Shown: piece after piece, positions 63,291 through 64,000 of the stretch | Numbering within the stretch: the stretch's first letter is position 1 | How the letters are laid out: each line of letters begins with the position of its first letter | Source of the DNA: an uncultured Verrucomicrobiae bacterium | Lineage (GTDB): Bacteria > Verrucomicrobiota > Verrucomicrobiia > Chthoniobacterales > JAFAMB01 | NCBI GenBank assembly: GCA_963736745.1 | Contig: CAVTQD010000029.1 | Location: forward strand, 66,931 to 130,930 | Direction of reading: 5' to 3' | DNA length: 64,000 bases | Made by a program: the position numbers and the translations under genes | Notes under the pieces: generated by a model | What the model was told of the DNA's origin: nothing | What the model saw: only the letters and a program-made list of their open reading frames with translations | Databases searched by the model: none

Positions 63291-64000
63291 ATGGAACTTC
63301 GTCATCTACGCTACTTTGTTGCGGTTGCCGAGGAACTTAGCTTCACCCGTGCAGCTGCAGTGCTGCATGTAGCGCAGTCCGCGGTGAGTGCTCAAATCCG
63401 TCTTCTGGAAGATGCCGTTGGCGTGGTGTTGCTGGAACGGAACAGCCGGCGCGTTGAACTGACCGGCGCCGGGCACATTTTTTTGCAGGGAGCGAAGAAG
63501 ATCATCACCGATCTCGAAGAAATCACCAGACAGGCGCGCAGAATCGGTCGGGCGGAGACCGGTCATCTGGCGATCGGATTCATCGGGGCCCAGAGCCACG
63601 AGTGGATGCCGCAAGTGCTGAAACGCTTCCGCCGAGAAATATCCTGACGTTGAGGTGACCCTGACGGAGATGGTACCCTCAGCGCAATTGGAGGCTCTTT
63701 CGACGCACCGGCTAGACGTGGGAGTCATCGGTGCCATCGATGGGAAAGCGCCACCGGGTTTGCGGGTTGAATGTATTGCCGAAGAACAACCGATGGTCGG
63801 AGTGCCCAGCGATCATCCGCTGGCAACTCGTCCCTTTATACGCCTCCAACAATTGAAAGAGGAAGGATTCATCCTAACCTCGCGCGAAAATGCGCCCAGT
63901 TACCGCTCCTGGTTGGCGCGACTTTGTCAACGGGTCGGATTTACGCCAAAGGTGGTTCAGGAAGTGGATCGAGCAAGGACCGCGGTTCAATACGTTGCCG
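63291..64000 (+). CDS. LysR family regulator, frameshift near 63640, runs off window end
   Basis: MELRHLRYFVAVAEELSFTRAA-QSAVSAQI-LE; continuation PDVEVTL, LDVG, GFTPKVVQE. Confidence 0.93.

Noticed and set aside
3606-64000. Mass pseudogenisation or programmed frameshifting in about 20 genes
   Set aside because: Breaks hit essential genes (aspS, hisS, lpxA, lptD), are single-base indels with intact motifs on both sides, and show no common slippery site; best explained by unpolished long-read consensus

Overview
Core-genome window from a Verrucomicrobiota bacterium, probably Chthoniobacterales/Spartobacteria-like. This is inferred from gene content and from a perfect Verrucomicrobia-type LexA box (TGTTC-N4-GAACA). 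It holds about 55 mostly housekeeping CDSs (ilvN, ilvC, pepF, xerC, lexA, opgG, opgH, rplM, rpsI, lipA, rpoD, dnaG, thiS, thiH, exbBD, uvrC, aspS, hisS, pyk, aroD, panD, rsmB, ugd, lptD, galE, lpxA). About 20 genes, essential ones included, carry 1-bp frameshifts that look like uncorrected long-read errors. I found no rRNA, tRNA, CRISPR array, transposase or prophage. The unusual content is non-coding. lexA sits between two oppositely oriented arrays of a ~122-130 bp composite repeat (4 copies upstream, 2 downstream). The first upstream unit supplies the -35 of a 17-bp-spaced promoter whose -10 overlaps the SOS box, in exact register with the array junctions. Several other palindromic repeat families fill intergenic gaps: a CTAG-flanked MITE whose ends give the stop codons of two convergent genes, covarying GTAA/GTAG-tagged REP hairpins, a ~150-bp dispersed element in three diverged copies, and inverted heptamer pairs. 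Protein oddities include a DUF4912 protein with three tiers of internal repeats next to a ferritin-like protein with an apparently degenerate di-iron site, and a stand-alone diadenylate-cyclase-like protein. All calls come from reading motifs by eye; no database searches were run.
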